Shown piece by piece: positions 25,650-37,510 of a stretch of DNA of 64,000 bases. Made by a program: the position numbers and the translations under genes. The DNA comes from Lama glama (taxonomy: Eukaryota). Numbering within the stretch: position 1 is the first letter of the stretch; each line of letters starts with the position of its first letter. The notes below the pieces were generated by a model. It did not search any database, was not told the DNA's origin, and saw nothing but the letters and a program-made list of their open reading frames with translations. The stretch is taken from assembly GCA_028534125.1 (NCBI GenBank), contig CM052816.1:63738001-63802000 (forward strand). Direction: 5' to 3'.

Positions 25650-26780
25650 TGTGTCCTGAGCCCTCTTCTTTCCTTTCTCTGCACACATTCTCCCTGGGCA
25701 GTCTCATCAACCCACATTTTATAGGCTATATCTCCTGGCACAACTTTTTCTGAAACAACAAAGCTGTATATTTGGTATCTCTACTTAGATGGCCATAGAC
25801 TCTTAAACCCAACAGTCCGAACTGAGCTTGTTAACTTCCCTGCCTGTCCTGTGCTGCTGCTCCTCCAATCGTCATCGCAGTCCTCAGTAGATGACACCCT
25901 GTGCATGGTATTGACCAAGTAAGAATGGGGATGCCTGCTTGCCTTCTCCCTCCCTCACCTCTGACAACTTGTCAAACCACCTTAAAGTTGACCACTTAGA
26001 ACTCTTGAGTGGTTCCCTGTTGCTGTGGAGGTAAAGTCAAATCCCGTAGTTGCAGGATAAGCCTCCCCGCCTCCAACTTTGTCTTTCCAGTAAAGCCCTG
26101 GTGAGCTTCCAGCTCCACAGCCTGACCATGTCCTCTGTGCTTCTGGATTTTGTGTATGCTCTTGGTTCCGCTTGGCACACCTCCCTAACTACCTTCTCCC
26201 TAAGTTGGATTTCCTAATAAATCCTGTACCCTCTTTAGTCTTAGTCTAGATCACTATTTCTCAACTGGGGGTGATGTTGCCCCTTCCCCCACCCCCAGGG
26301 GACACTGGGTCACGTCTGGAGATATTCTGGGTTGCCACAGCTGGATGGGTAGTACTACTGGAATTTAGGGGGTAGAGTCCAGGGGTGCAGCTAGGTATCC
26401 TACAATGTCTCCCACATCAAAGACACCTACAGCAAAGAATTATCTGTGCCCAAATGTAAATAAGTGCTGAGACTTAAGACTCTAAGAGACTGAGAAACCC
26501 TGTTCTAGATATCACTTTCTCTGGGAAGTCTTTCCTGACCTTCTCAGGGTGGGTTAGGTGCCCCTCCTATGTGGTTTCATGCTCTTCTTCTTAGACCTTT
26601 CCTAGCCCTTCCCCTGTTGTACTGATATTTTCTGTTCACTTGTCTATCTCTTCTTCTAGAATGTGAACTTACGGAAGTCAGGTACTGTGTTTTGTTTCTT
26701 TTTCAATCCCAGATCCCAGCACCGTTCCTGGTGTTGGTGAACATGCAATACATATTTGTTAAATGAGTAAAAAAAATGAA
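25650..26780 (+). mobile_element. L2 3' portion, split by MER20
   Basis: ctccctgggcagtctcatc...; atcactttctctgggaagtctttcctgacc; end aatacatatttgttaaatgagtaa. Confidence 0.8.
26252..26502 (+). mobile_element. MER20 hAT-Charlie MITE
   Basis: cactatttctcaactgggggtgat...gtctggagatatt...caaagaattatct...tgagaaaccctg. 8-bp TSD gtctagat (26244-26251) / ttctagat (26503-26510). Confidence 0.9.
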
Positions 26781-27659
26781 TTCACTCACGAAAAAATGTG
26801 GATGGTCTCACACACTACATTTTTTCCCCCCAAAAAACATGTTGTTTGCATGTGACATAGAAATTCAGAAGTTCAACCAAGGTGAATAATGAAAACTCAG
26901 AGTTAAGAACAACCACTCTAATCTATGCCCCTCCCACACCACCAGAGAAAGGCATTCTTCCAGAATTCTCTTGTATATGTGGGCCGCAGAATGATGTGTG
27001 ATGCAGGATTATTACTATTATTGTTATTATTATTTATATTTCTATGATCTGATTTTTTTTACATTGAATAATAACTGGAGCAGTTTATGTCATGACTTTC
27101 TTTTTATAGGTGAAAATGGCACATAATGCAAGTTGAGGCAACATGAGCCAATATATTTCACTGCCCAGCACCATAATCTATTAAGCCTGAGATATTTTCA
27201 GGGAATTGCCTTAAATCCTTTGGTGGTTTAAAGTAGCTTCAGAGGGATTAGTGGCTTAGAGGTAATTGTTATTGCTAATATTTTATTTGAAATGTCCTGT
27301 TCAGCAAAGGTAATGTGACATTTTGCTCACTGGGAATGCTTTCTAGGGAAAGGGAAGAGTCAAAAGGTCAGTGCCCAGGAGAGGGAGGGCGGGCGCCCGT
27401 AAGACAAAGGACAAGGGCCTGAGCTGAGGTGACCGGCACGGATTAGCTAAGTCAGAGCTGACCTTCCTGTGGATCTTGGGAGCTAGAGTTTTAATTTTGT
27501 GTGAATAGTGAGATTAATTAAACAGTTAATCATCTATAAAGAGGAACCTGAGTATTATTTTTTAAAATAAGTAAGGAGAATAAACCCATTGAGGTACGTG
27601 TTTGCAGGCTCACCTTTGGAGCTCCTCAGAGGCGTCTCTGTCTCTAGGCCAATGGATGT

Positions 27660-27836
27660 CAATTATAGGCTGTTGGAGAAATCATTTTGGGGTGCTTGTT
27701 AAAAAATCAAAATCCCTTGGCCTCTACTCCCACCAGCTATGATTCTGTAGTTCTGAGATGGCCCCCAAATCTGTATTTTAACCAGAGAGGTTCAGGGGCT
27801 TCTGATGCAGGATTTGTTATGCCTAGAGAAACATTG
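27660..27836. mobile_element. MER5-family hAT MITE
   Basis: ggggtgcttgttaaaaaat...gattctgtagttctgagatggcccccaaatctgtattttaac...ttctgatgcagg. Confidence 0.7.
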
Positions 27837-27849
27837 GATTAACCCATCT

Positions 27850-28200
27850 CTTTCTTGCTCATGATACCTACCATATTTCTCAGATTTCTACCTATGGCCC
27901 AAATGTATCATTTGAGTTCTAGACCTGTGTATCAAAATGACATTCAAAATCTCTACTTGAATACCTTGAAGATATTTCCGACTCAGCCTGTCCATACCCA
28001 AATGTTCTACTCTTCTAGTGTTTCCCACTCAGTGAATAGCACTGGTGCCCATCCAGTTCAACACAAAAATGTAGGTGTCTCCTCCTTTCTCTCCCTGCCT
28101 CCACTCCATCATTACCATCACACTGGCCCCGGCTCCCCTCATCTAGGGAAGACACCTCCCTACTTCCACAGTGTCTGAAGGGGCTCCTAGTTCCTGGTTC
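27850..28200 (+). mobile_element. L2 relic
   Basis: atctctacttgaatacc...tttcccactcagtgaatagcactggtgcccatccagtt resembles L2. Confidence 0.6.
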
Positions 28201-28419
28201 CCACCTCTCAGTACCTGATAGAACTGAGTTCAAAACTGCGCCGAGGCAGTGAAGTTGAAGACTGGGTCTAATATTTTTGACTGTGAGTCTGGTATGTGCC
28301 TGACACTGTGCTAGACCCTTTTAAATAGATTGTGTCAGAGAATTTTTACTGTTGAAGATTGTTTTTTGGGAAATCTGAGCAGCCTAGGAGAATATCTCTA
28401 AAGAGACTGACATAGGAGA

Positions 28420-29420
28420 TGCACACACACAAAAAATGTACAAATCAGCCAACACAGGATAAGGTCTCCCATTGAAAGACTCTCCTGATCAAATGAACAC
28501 ATCTAGTACCCAATACAAGACCCACAATAAAGCATATTCTTGCAAAATTTCCAGAACACTGAGAACAAGAGAATAGATAAAAGCTTTTATGAAAGAAAAA
28601 AATTATTTACAAAAGATTAAGAATCAGATTGACATCAGAATTTTTCAACTGTTACACTAGAAACTAGCAGAAAATGGAGAAATACCTTCAAAATTATGAA
28701 GGAAAATTATTTCAATTTCACCTAAAGTTATACGCCCAGATAAACCAATGATCAGGGATGAAGGTAGGATAGAGACATTTTTCAATGTGCAAAGTCTCCA
28801 GGTTTCTGTTATGCATCAATTTCCTAGGAAGTCACTTGAGACAGTATAACATGAGGTAGTAAAATGAGGTAGTAAACCAACACAGAAGAGATGGGATCCA
28901 GGAAACAGAAAACTAATATAAGATGGAGGCAAAGGAAAGCTCCACAGTGGCCATAAAGGGAAAGTGCAGAGGAATATTATGCACCAGGTGCAGAGGACAC
29001 CTGTGGGCTAGAGCAGGTCAGGAGACGCTGGAAGAGATGTTTCCAAGAAGAGGACATTGAGAGACTACATGCTGTGTTCTGGGAGAGGTTTATACTCCCA
29101 GGGAAAGTTTGGAATTACTAATTCACTTGAGGATAGAACGTTAGGCAAGAAAAGAAATCAAAACCCAGAAGTTTTATAGTTATAATAATGTCAGTACTAA
29201 AACTTCCAACCCAAATTATGGCATAGCTCTATAGCTGTGATAGGAGAGGTGGGAGATGGGGAAGGCGTATGAGTAAGCGGGGAGGAGGGAGGCAAATGAG
29301 TGGGGAGGAGGGAGGCAATGGGAGAGAGTGGGGAGCAAATAGTAATGTCTAAAATGGAAAAATCAAGAAGAAATAGTTTGGTAATGAGGGTAAAGAGCAA
29401 TTGCAATGATTGTCTTAGAG
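28420..29420 (+). mobile_element. HAL1 (half-L1) relic
   Basis: Decayed ORF1 motifs agacccacaataaagcatattcttgcaaaatttccagaacact, aagaatcagattgacatcagaattt and aaatggagaaataccttcaaaatt, followed by HAL1-like downstream sequence rather than ORF2. Confidence 0.7.
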
Positions 29421-29441
29421 AACCATGAGTATCTTTAAACA

Positions 29442-29505
29442 GTGTGTATGTGTGTGTGTGTGCGTGCACGTGCCTGTGTGTGTGTGTGTGTATGTACGTA
29501 TGTAT
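29442..29505 (+). repeat. Compound (TG)n microsatellite
   Basis: Read directly; interrupted by cgtgcacgtgcc. Confidence 0.9.
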
Positions 29506-31569
29506 CTTTCATCAAGAATGAGAACTAAGTTAAAAATATGAGGAAAGCATTTTGGAAAGCAAATCAATAAGAAAGTGAAAACATTTCTTTAATGAAGAAG
29601 TAATGCTTGTTCCAAAGAAGTCAAGGCTGGGGATATACGTACATGGCTGGGTAGCTCTTCCCCTATGAGGTACCCAGTTAGACAACTCTCCATGGGCACG
29701 TTTCTAAATCATCTTTGTGACTCAGGGTGGTTTAATAATTCTACAGTCTTAATCAAGGCAGAGGCACTTCATCACCAGGGAATGGTGCCTAGAGCTTTAA
29801 TGATAAGAAAGTAATGGATATGCTCAGTGCCCAGGACTTCTTTTCATCAACCAAGAAATAGTACTGAAAGCCAGATACATGTTAAGTTCTTTGCAGATAA
29901 AAAAAGTAATAATAGGCCTCTGTGTTGTGCTGCAGAGTTACCTTTGGCTAAAATCATCCTCTTGGCCATTTATCACTTTGCTCCCCGAGCCCTGGACTCA
30001 GGTGGGAAGCGGATTGAGTCATTTGTAAACCCCATTAATTACAGATACACAAGACATATCTTCTTTTATCCTCTTTTCTCCAAAAGGCAAACTGTGATTT
30101 GTTCTCTTTTCTACGACCTACACGAAGTAATCTTCCCAAGTAATATTAACATTTAGAATACACAGTCCCTCAAATGATCCCTGGACCCATTACTTACTCA
30201 TCTCAGGCACCAGATATTAATAACATTTTAAAAACATCCATGCCTGGCTTCCTGAGGTCCCTCTAGAGACTCAAGGAGAACACACTGAAAGTAGAAAAAA
30301 CTTACTTTGTTCTTGAAGAGACTTTGTAAGAGCAATTTTTTTTCAAAGACTAGAGGACTCTTGAGTATTTTTTGTTTATGTGGGTGTATTGAACTATAGT
30401 CATTTTCAATAATTGCCTGGTCATATATGCTTTATTTGACTATTGAAGGCATTCACTCAATACTCATGTACATGATAGAATAATGAACAAACTGCAGGAA
30501 CAAGATGTGCCCACAACCTGGCTGATAGAGGAGATTATTCTCGGTTTCTTATTCCACCTTTAGTCTGGATTCCCATTCTACTCCTGTTCCACGTTCTTCA
30601 GGCCATTGCACATCATTGTAAAGAAACAAAAGCAATGAGTAGACCTGACCATGGATAAAATGATCCAGTGTGGCTCCCGGCACTTTGGCTTCCATTACCT
30701 GTGTCTTTTACGGTTCTTTAAAGATCATTATGACTGCACAGTGGCTGATGCCATGACAAGCTGGTTTAGGCTAATTGGCAGAACCCAGAGGATTATATAA
30801 GGAGAGAGGCTTCCTAGACATGAAGGACCCGGGATTTGGCTGCAGATGCATAGAACTGACTGAGAGAAAAAAGACAAAAGCCCATTAAATTTTTGAGAGA
30901 GCAGTATTGCCAAAGAAATCCCAAACCTGTCCAACAATAGCTGGTAACTGCTTTTAGGTCTTCCTTGGGCTCCAGAAATGGAACCAATAAGAAATAAGCT
31001 TCTGAAATAATATAGCTTCCAAAATGAATATTCTCCCTTATGCCTATCATCGATGTGGTCGTGGGAGATGAGGGTCAGGGGAGCTCCTCCTACATGGCAG
31101 ATCTGAGGGCATCAAGGCTAGGTGACCTCAGCATTCTCTTTGCCGCCCAGCGGGAGTCCTTGCAGGATTCAATATATACTGTGAGCTAGTGACCACTTGT
31201 ACTGTTTCCCAGTGTCTTCCCCCTGCAAATGTGAGTCCTTATTGCTATCATTCTCCTTCTCACCACTTTATGTTGCATGCAAGGGCAGTACCTCATCATT
31301 CAGCCCAGGGTCTGTGAACACTTTGGAGTCACATCTGGACTGATGGGACAGACGGCACATCATCTAGCAATGTGGGATCTGAGAAGTGACTGTAGTCACT
31401 GGACAAGACTGGGTTGTCTTCTTTTGGGGAAGGAGTGACAATGTTTCAGCTAGGCACAAGCACTTTAAAAAGTGTTTGTATGGAAAGATGGTCTTGTGTC
31501 ACCTAAAGCCAAAGGTGTGCTGCAGAAGGTGCTGTGGGCATTCCCCAGCAATTATTCTATCCTTTCACC

Positions 31570-32100
31570 TTTATGAACAAACAGTCTTGTGACTTGGATG
31601 ACATGTACTCCATCTCCAGCTTCAGAAAAGGGCCCTGATTTGTCAGAATCAAAGACAATCCTATTTCTCTTGCCACAAGGATTGTTTCAGACGTGGCTTC
31701 AAGGCAGTCCTAAGCCCAATATTTTTTTTCTAAATGGTGTTGATCCACCACTGTCTCCTGGGATATAAATGGGAAACCTATAATTTCAGTTGCAATGGGA
31801 GGAATTTTGTTACCACCAGATTTAAATGAGTTCAGCCATCCTCAGAATTCAAATACTGAAGTAGAATATCTGCTTGGTTTGTTGAAAGTTACCAGCTGAG
31901 TCCCTGGTGTGGGAGATGGGCAGCTGGATTTACCAACCCAACACCCCACACAGCACCAAAGAAGCAGCTCTACAAAAGAAAATCCAGATGGTGTTAGGAA
32001 GGGGGAATGGATGCTGGAAAATAATTGACACAAATACACAACCACACTCCTTTCCTCGCAACTCCAGATTTATAACCAGCAACTAATAAACCCTTAAAAA
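31570..32100. mobile_element. Old MLT1 (K/L/J-like) LTR relics, possibly two nested in opposite orientation
   Basis: cttgccacaaggattgtttcag and ctaataaaccct (sense) flank gaaaatccagatggtgttaggaagggggaatggatgctgg (antisense MLT1J-like start). Confidence 0.45.
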
Positions 32101-32164
32101 GTAGTACTTGATACAAACTTGAAGAGTTAACCTTAAAAGTTTGCAACAAATATTTATTAAGCAC

Positions 32165-32345
32165 AAATAATTCATTTAATCTTCCCAATAACCCAATAAA
32201 GTGGAATTTATAATCCCCTTTTAAGGTGAGAAAACTGAGGCTTATCCAGATAAAGATCATTTTCCCAAGGTCGCCCAAGTAATCAATGAAGAAGCTGGAT
32301 GGAATTCAGGCTCATTTCTGTTTGATCCCAAAGTGACACCAGTGC
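32165..32345 (-). mobile_element. MIR relic
   Basis: tcatttaatcttcccaataaccc...ttttaaggtgagaaaactgaggctt...cccaaggtcgc. Confidence 0.8.
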
Positions 32346-33669
32346 TACAGTAATGATAAGTCCCAAAATTGAATGGAAGCAAATGTAATTGACTTAATGT
32401 TTTTAGGGAAAAAATTACCACATTAATTAGCACACAGTAATTGTGAGGGCCAACATAAGAAATTCAATAAATTGAGACTAAACTTGGAAGAACTGGGTCC
32501 ACTTGCCACAAGTCATGAGACACATGTAATAAACAGGGAAAAACATTTAACCAGTTTATTCAAGACCAAAGAGAAGGTGGTTTTCCTGGTGTCTTCCATG
32601 AAAAGAATCAGGAGACTGCAGCATGAAATGTTCAAGTTTTGCCACATGACATGAACAAGAATGGACCAAACATTAAATATTCTTCAGGTCCATACTGTTC
32701 ACCACTGATGGTTATGGGTTATGTGGAAACAGAAGCCAAGTATACAGACTTAAGTTCCTTTGCATTGACACAGGACCAGGTCAGGGATACCTATTTTTTT
32801 TAAAGGGCTCCAAGAGACCAAAGCTTTTGGAATCCCATGCATATCCTTACTGATGAACCATGCTATTAGATAAATTTAATTTGAAACTAAAAGGAAAAGA
32901 ATAGACCTCGGTGCATTTATTTCTGGAAGCATGGGCTTACACATGTAACCCAGAGGTATGTAGGTTACACTGGTGGTGTCTGGGAGTGCCAGTCATTTCT
33001 TGTAGAAATGCCCTGAGCCTGAGAAGTCACAGATTCTTTTTTAAAGTTGCATAGCTTTTTGGTAGAAATGAAGTCACGGTTTTGGAGCAGATTCACAGGT
33101 AGTGTTGCTCATGCTTTGAATCTCCACAAATATCCTTGGAGCTTAAATGTCATGGGATAGGAATCATCAACCATCTGCCCTAGCAGTGTGGCTGTTTCCC
33201 GAGGGACTGTTGAGCAGAGTGTGAATTGCACCAACCAGACAGCCCTTTTGGTCTATATAAACCTCAGAGATAACCCCAAATTTGTAATGATGTGGTCAAA
33301 CTCTGGACAATATGGGGTCAGTCTGGGTCTGTGAAAATACATTCCCTTAAAGAAACCAATGCCATTAATGCTGAGATGCCAATTTAGAGTCAGAATTGAG
33401 GTACGCTTTTCAGGGATAAAGCCTCTTGTTCTTGAAAACAGTCTAATTTAGCATCTTACATTACAATATTCTTATTGACTTAAAAATTTCTCAAAGACAA
33501 AATTTTTATAGCTAAAGTAAAAATTTTGATTTTGTAAATCAAATTCAATAACTTGATAAAAGAGTTCTGTACTAAATGCCAGACCTGGTTGGAATGAGTA
33601 TTGAGGACTAGAAAAGTTATTGTTATTTAGTGATAATATGATGTGACTCATCATATTATTCAAATAAAA

Positions 33670-34141
33670 ACTAGTACACCAATGTTCATCACAGCATTAT
33701 TTATTGTAATGTTTCCCAACATGGAAACAATCCAAATGTGCAACAATTGACAATAGATAAACCAAATGTCGTATGTACACACATGGAATTATTTAACCAT
33801 AAGAAGGACTGAAGTACTGATTCATGCTACAACATGGATGAACCTTGAGGATATGACTGAATAAAAGAAGCCAGACACAAAAGCCACATATTGTATGATT
33901 TCATTCATGTAAAATGTCCAGAGTATGCATATCCATGGAGACCTAAGCAGATTATTGGTTAACTGGGGCTGGAGGAGAGGGGAGAATGGAGAGATTGCTT
34001 AATGGGTACAGACTTGCTTTTTGAACTGATGAAAATATTCTGTAATTAGTGATTGCACAGCATTGTGAATGGACTAAAAGCCACTGAATAGTTAAAATGG
34101 TGAATTTTATGTTATGTGAATTTTACCTCAATTTAAAAAAA
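33670..34141 (+). mobile_element. L1MB-type 3' end
   Basis: gaagtactgattcatgctacaacatggatgaacctt...aagaagccagacacaaaagccacatattgtatgatt...tgaattttatgttatgtgaattttacctcaatttaaaaaaa. Confidence 0.9.
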
Positions 34142-34394
34142 GCAAATGATAGAACAGCCATATTAATATATATATTTGCTTTGCAATGGTATTTGGAGGA
34201 GAAGGAAGAGGAATTGAAATGCAATTTGTTTTTAAAACAAAGGTTTAAAGACTTTTTTTTGTCTGGAAACTAATTTTCAATATATTAAAAACATAGACTT
34301 AATTATAACAACAGGCTATTCAGTCTAGGCTCTGTCTACATTCATTCATCACTATGATAGCAAATAGCAGTATCATTAATCTATTGCAGTATCT

Positions 34395-34715
34395 AGCCCG
34401 GTGTCTCTGGGTTAAGACTGCAACTCAGCTGCTTAACGTTTTAACACTGGCAAGTCAGCTAGACTCTGAGTATCTCACTTTCTTCATCTGAAAAATGAGT
34501 ATAATAATAGTGCCTACCTTTCTACCTCTAATGGGATATGGTATATCAGTGTTTTTCCATCCTTGGCTGCATATTAAGGTGTTTTTGTTTCTTTTAATGA
34601 CGCATTCCCAGGTGATTCTATGGGCAACCAGTCTAGAGAACCCCTAGTGTATGAAGGCACACAGCAGCACGCCTGGCACGTGGTAAGCAGTAAGTAAATA
34701 GGAAGTTTAATAATG
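34395..34715 (+). mobile_element. MIR with a nested MER5-like MITE (about 34547-34647)
   Basis: ctcactttcttcatctgaaaaatgagtataataatagtgcctacct, then cagtgtttttccatccttggctgcatatta...cccaggtgattcta, then the MIR tail gcctggcacgtggtaagc. Confidence 0.75.
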
Positions 34716-35126
34716 TTGTTAAGGACTTATTAATCAATTATTTTATAAGATTACAGTTTATCTGCTATAGCATAAAAAATGATGAGGGTGGTTGGGGGAA
34801 ATGCATGTAGGAAGAAGAAATGTATTTCCACAGAAATTTGTATTTTATTTAACAAAAAGCATTATGCCATCTACAGTCAACAGGTAGGTTCTTCTATTTT
34901 AGTAGAAGCTCTCTGAATTTTGTTTAATGGAATTTCTCTATACAGCTAACTCACCTAACATATCTGAACCACCCTTCTTTATTAGCAAGCTGTGTATTCT
35001 CAAGAACCATTCTCCTGCTTTGGTGTGCTTCATTTGTGTGAAAGTACCGTGTTTGAGATGAGAAGGATAAACTTTTAAAACACACAAATATTAAAACTTC
35101 AACAATTATGTGCAGATAAAATATAG

Positions 35127-35485
35127 AGTTATGGACTGAATGTTTGTGTCCCTTCCAAAATTCACATTTTAAAATCCTAACCCCCAGTTGTGATGATACT
35201 AGGAGGTGGGGCCTTTGGGAGGTGATTAGGTTACGAGAGGGAGCCCTCATGAGTGGGATTAGTGCCTTTATAAAAGGGTCCCGAGATCTCTCCTGCCCTT
35301 CTGCCATGTGAGGGCACAAGTAGAAGCCAGTCATCTGCATCCTTGAAGAGGGCCCTCCCCGGAACCCGACCATGCCAGCACCCTGATTTCAGACTTTCAG
35401 TCTCCAAAACTGTGGGAAACACATATCTGTTGTTTATAAGCCATCCAGTCCACGATATTCTGTCAGAGCACCCTGAACTAAGACA
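35127..35485 (+). mobile_element. MaLR solo LTR, MLT1A/MLT1A0-like
   Basis: gttatggactgaatgtttgtgtccc...ggaggtggggcctttgggaggtgattagg...tgttgtttataagcca...gaactaagaca. Confidence 0.9.
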
Positions 35486-35925
35486 CACGGTATCCCTGAT
35501 TCAAGTGGATTCATCACCAGCTGTACTGCTAAGATGACATCTGGTGAACAGGAGACTAGGGCCTCTCACTTACTCTTACTAGGGCTCTTTTTACTCATTG
35601 ATTAGAAAAAAAGGTTGAGCCAAATGATCCGTAAGTTTCCTTGTATCTCTAATATTTTGTGAGTTGGTAGGGACACAGCTGCATTTTGTGGTGTTAGATT
35701 TGACAACAGGTCATTTTGTAGGCGTCCTAGACAGCATGCAAAACCCGTGAGCTCTTCTCCCTGTTATTGTGTTATATTTTGACTTTCCCAACTGCAGTGT
35801 CCTTGAAGTGAACTTCTTCTCACTGAATCGTAATTTTTTTCTTATGTGATTTTCTCATTCTTATGTCCTGTCTTTCAGCTTGTTAACTTTATTTTTATGA
35901 CTTTTTACCAGCAAAGGATAAACCA

Positions 35926-37033
35926 TCAGGTCTTACTAGGCATGGTACTCCCCTCAAAGAGCATTTTGGAAATTTGTGGGCTTTTTGATCTTTTAGTATA
36001 GTCAAAGCTGAACATTTAAATGTTGAAACGCACACTATTTTTATTATTATAATTTTTTATCAAACTATAGTTGATGTACAATATTATTTATATACTTGTA
36101 TGTACAGGCATACAACATAGTGATTCACAATTTTTAAAGGTTATACTTCCATTTATAGTTATTACAAAATATTGGCTATATTCTCTGTGTTGTATGATAT
36201 ATCCTGTGGCTTATTTTATACATAATACCTCTTAAGAGTTTATACCTCTTAATCGCCTACTCCTTACTCCCTTCTCCCCACTGGTAACCACTAGTTTGTT
36301 CTCTGTGAGTCTGTTTCTTTTTGGCTGTAATCAATAGTTTGTTTTATTTTTTAGATTCCATGTGTAAGTGATAATATACAGTATTTGTCTTTCTCTGACT
36401 TATTTCACTTAGCATAATATCCTCCCAAGTACATCTGTGTTGTTGCAAATGGCAACATTTTCATTCTTTTTTATGGCTGAGTACTATTCTGTTGTATATA
36501 CACATCTTCTTTATCCATTCATCTGTTGATGGACATTTAGGTTGCTTCCATATCTTGGCAACTGCAAATAATGCTGCTATGAACACTGGCATGCATGTAT
36601 CTTTTCGAATTAGTGTTTTCATTTTTTGTGGAGGTATATACCCAGGAGTGGAATTGCTGGGTCATATGGTAGTTCTATTTTTAATTTTTACAGAAACTTC
36701 CATACTATTTTCCATAGTGGCTGCACAAATTTACATTCCCACCAACAGTGTACCATGGTTCCCTTTTCTCCGCAACCTCGCCAACATTTGTTATTTGTGT
36801 TCTCTTTGATGATGGCCATTCTGACAGGTCTGAAGTGATATCTCATTGTGGAAACACTCATTATTTTTTAAAATAAATTACCTAAACATTTTTTCTTTAT
36901 ATAACAGGGCATCATATATATTTAAAATTATGTAGACAGGGAGGTTATATATCTATGAATTTCACTTAGGATGGTACAGAAGGCATTATAAAATACTTAT
37001 TATAAAAAGGATCTGGTATGGTTGAGGGTCACT
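35926..37033 (+). mobile_element. MER20B-like hAT element split by an L1
   Basis: gcattttggaaatttgtggg at the start, and ggttatatatctatgaatttcac...ttataaaaagg...ggttgagggtcacta at the end. Confidence 0.65.
36041..36850 (-). mobile_element. 5'-truncated LINE-1 3' end, cetartiodactyl-type
   Basis: Reverse complement of the same family as 12627-13600. TSD gaaacgcacactattt (36025-36040) / gaaacactcattattt (36851-36866), 13/16 match. Confidence 0.95.
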
Positions 37034-37129
37034 ATGATAAACATACTCTGATGCTTACATGGATTGCAGTGGGGAGAAAGGGAGACAGGAAAGACAATGT
37101 TCTACATCTGGGTAATAGTAGTCAAGTAC

Positions 37130-37510
37130 TGTGTTCTGTATGCGATCTCACTACATATGCCATCTCATCCTTCTAAGGCAGATTTCACAGATGAAGATAC
37201 TAAGGCTTAAGGAGCTTTATTAACTTTTTCATTCCTTCATCAAATATTTGAGTGCCTACTCTGTGCACTATAGGTATTTGGAAGAGGGCTGGGAGCAGAA
37301 AAGATACAATTTCTGTCCTGTAGGAGCTTATATTTTGGTGCAGAGAGAGAGAATAAAGCAAAGCAATAAATTAATAAGACAAGTCAGGTTGACGTGGATG
37401 TCATGAGGACACTGGAATGAAATGGTTCATGAAAATGTGCCCAAAGTCACATAACTAGTGAGTGGTGGGGGTTCCATCTGAATGTAGACATTGCTGTTGG
37501 GTTGTAGTAA
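37130..37510 (-). mobile_element. MIR with a nested L2 tail (about 37226-37430)
   Basis: tttcacagatgaagatactaaggct | ttcattccttcatcaaatatttgagtgcctactctgtgc (L2) | tgcccaaagtcacataactagtgagtgg (MIR resumes). Confidence 0.7.

Noticed and set aside
28851..28876. atgaggtagtaaa x2, containing the let-7 5' sequence TGAGGTAGTA
   Set aside because: It is a 13-bp tandem duplication inside a HAL1 relic. It does not continue as let-7 and has no complementary arm for a hairpin
34951..35537. ORFs of 140, 85 and 64 aa
   Set aside because: These are chance translations of the MLT1A LTR
36492..36838. 105-aa and 70-aa ORFs
   Set aside because: Antisense translation of the L1 3' end
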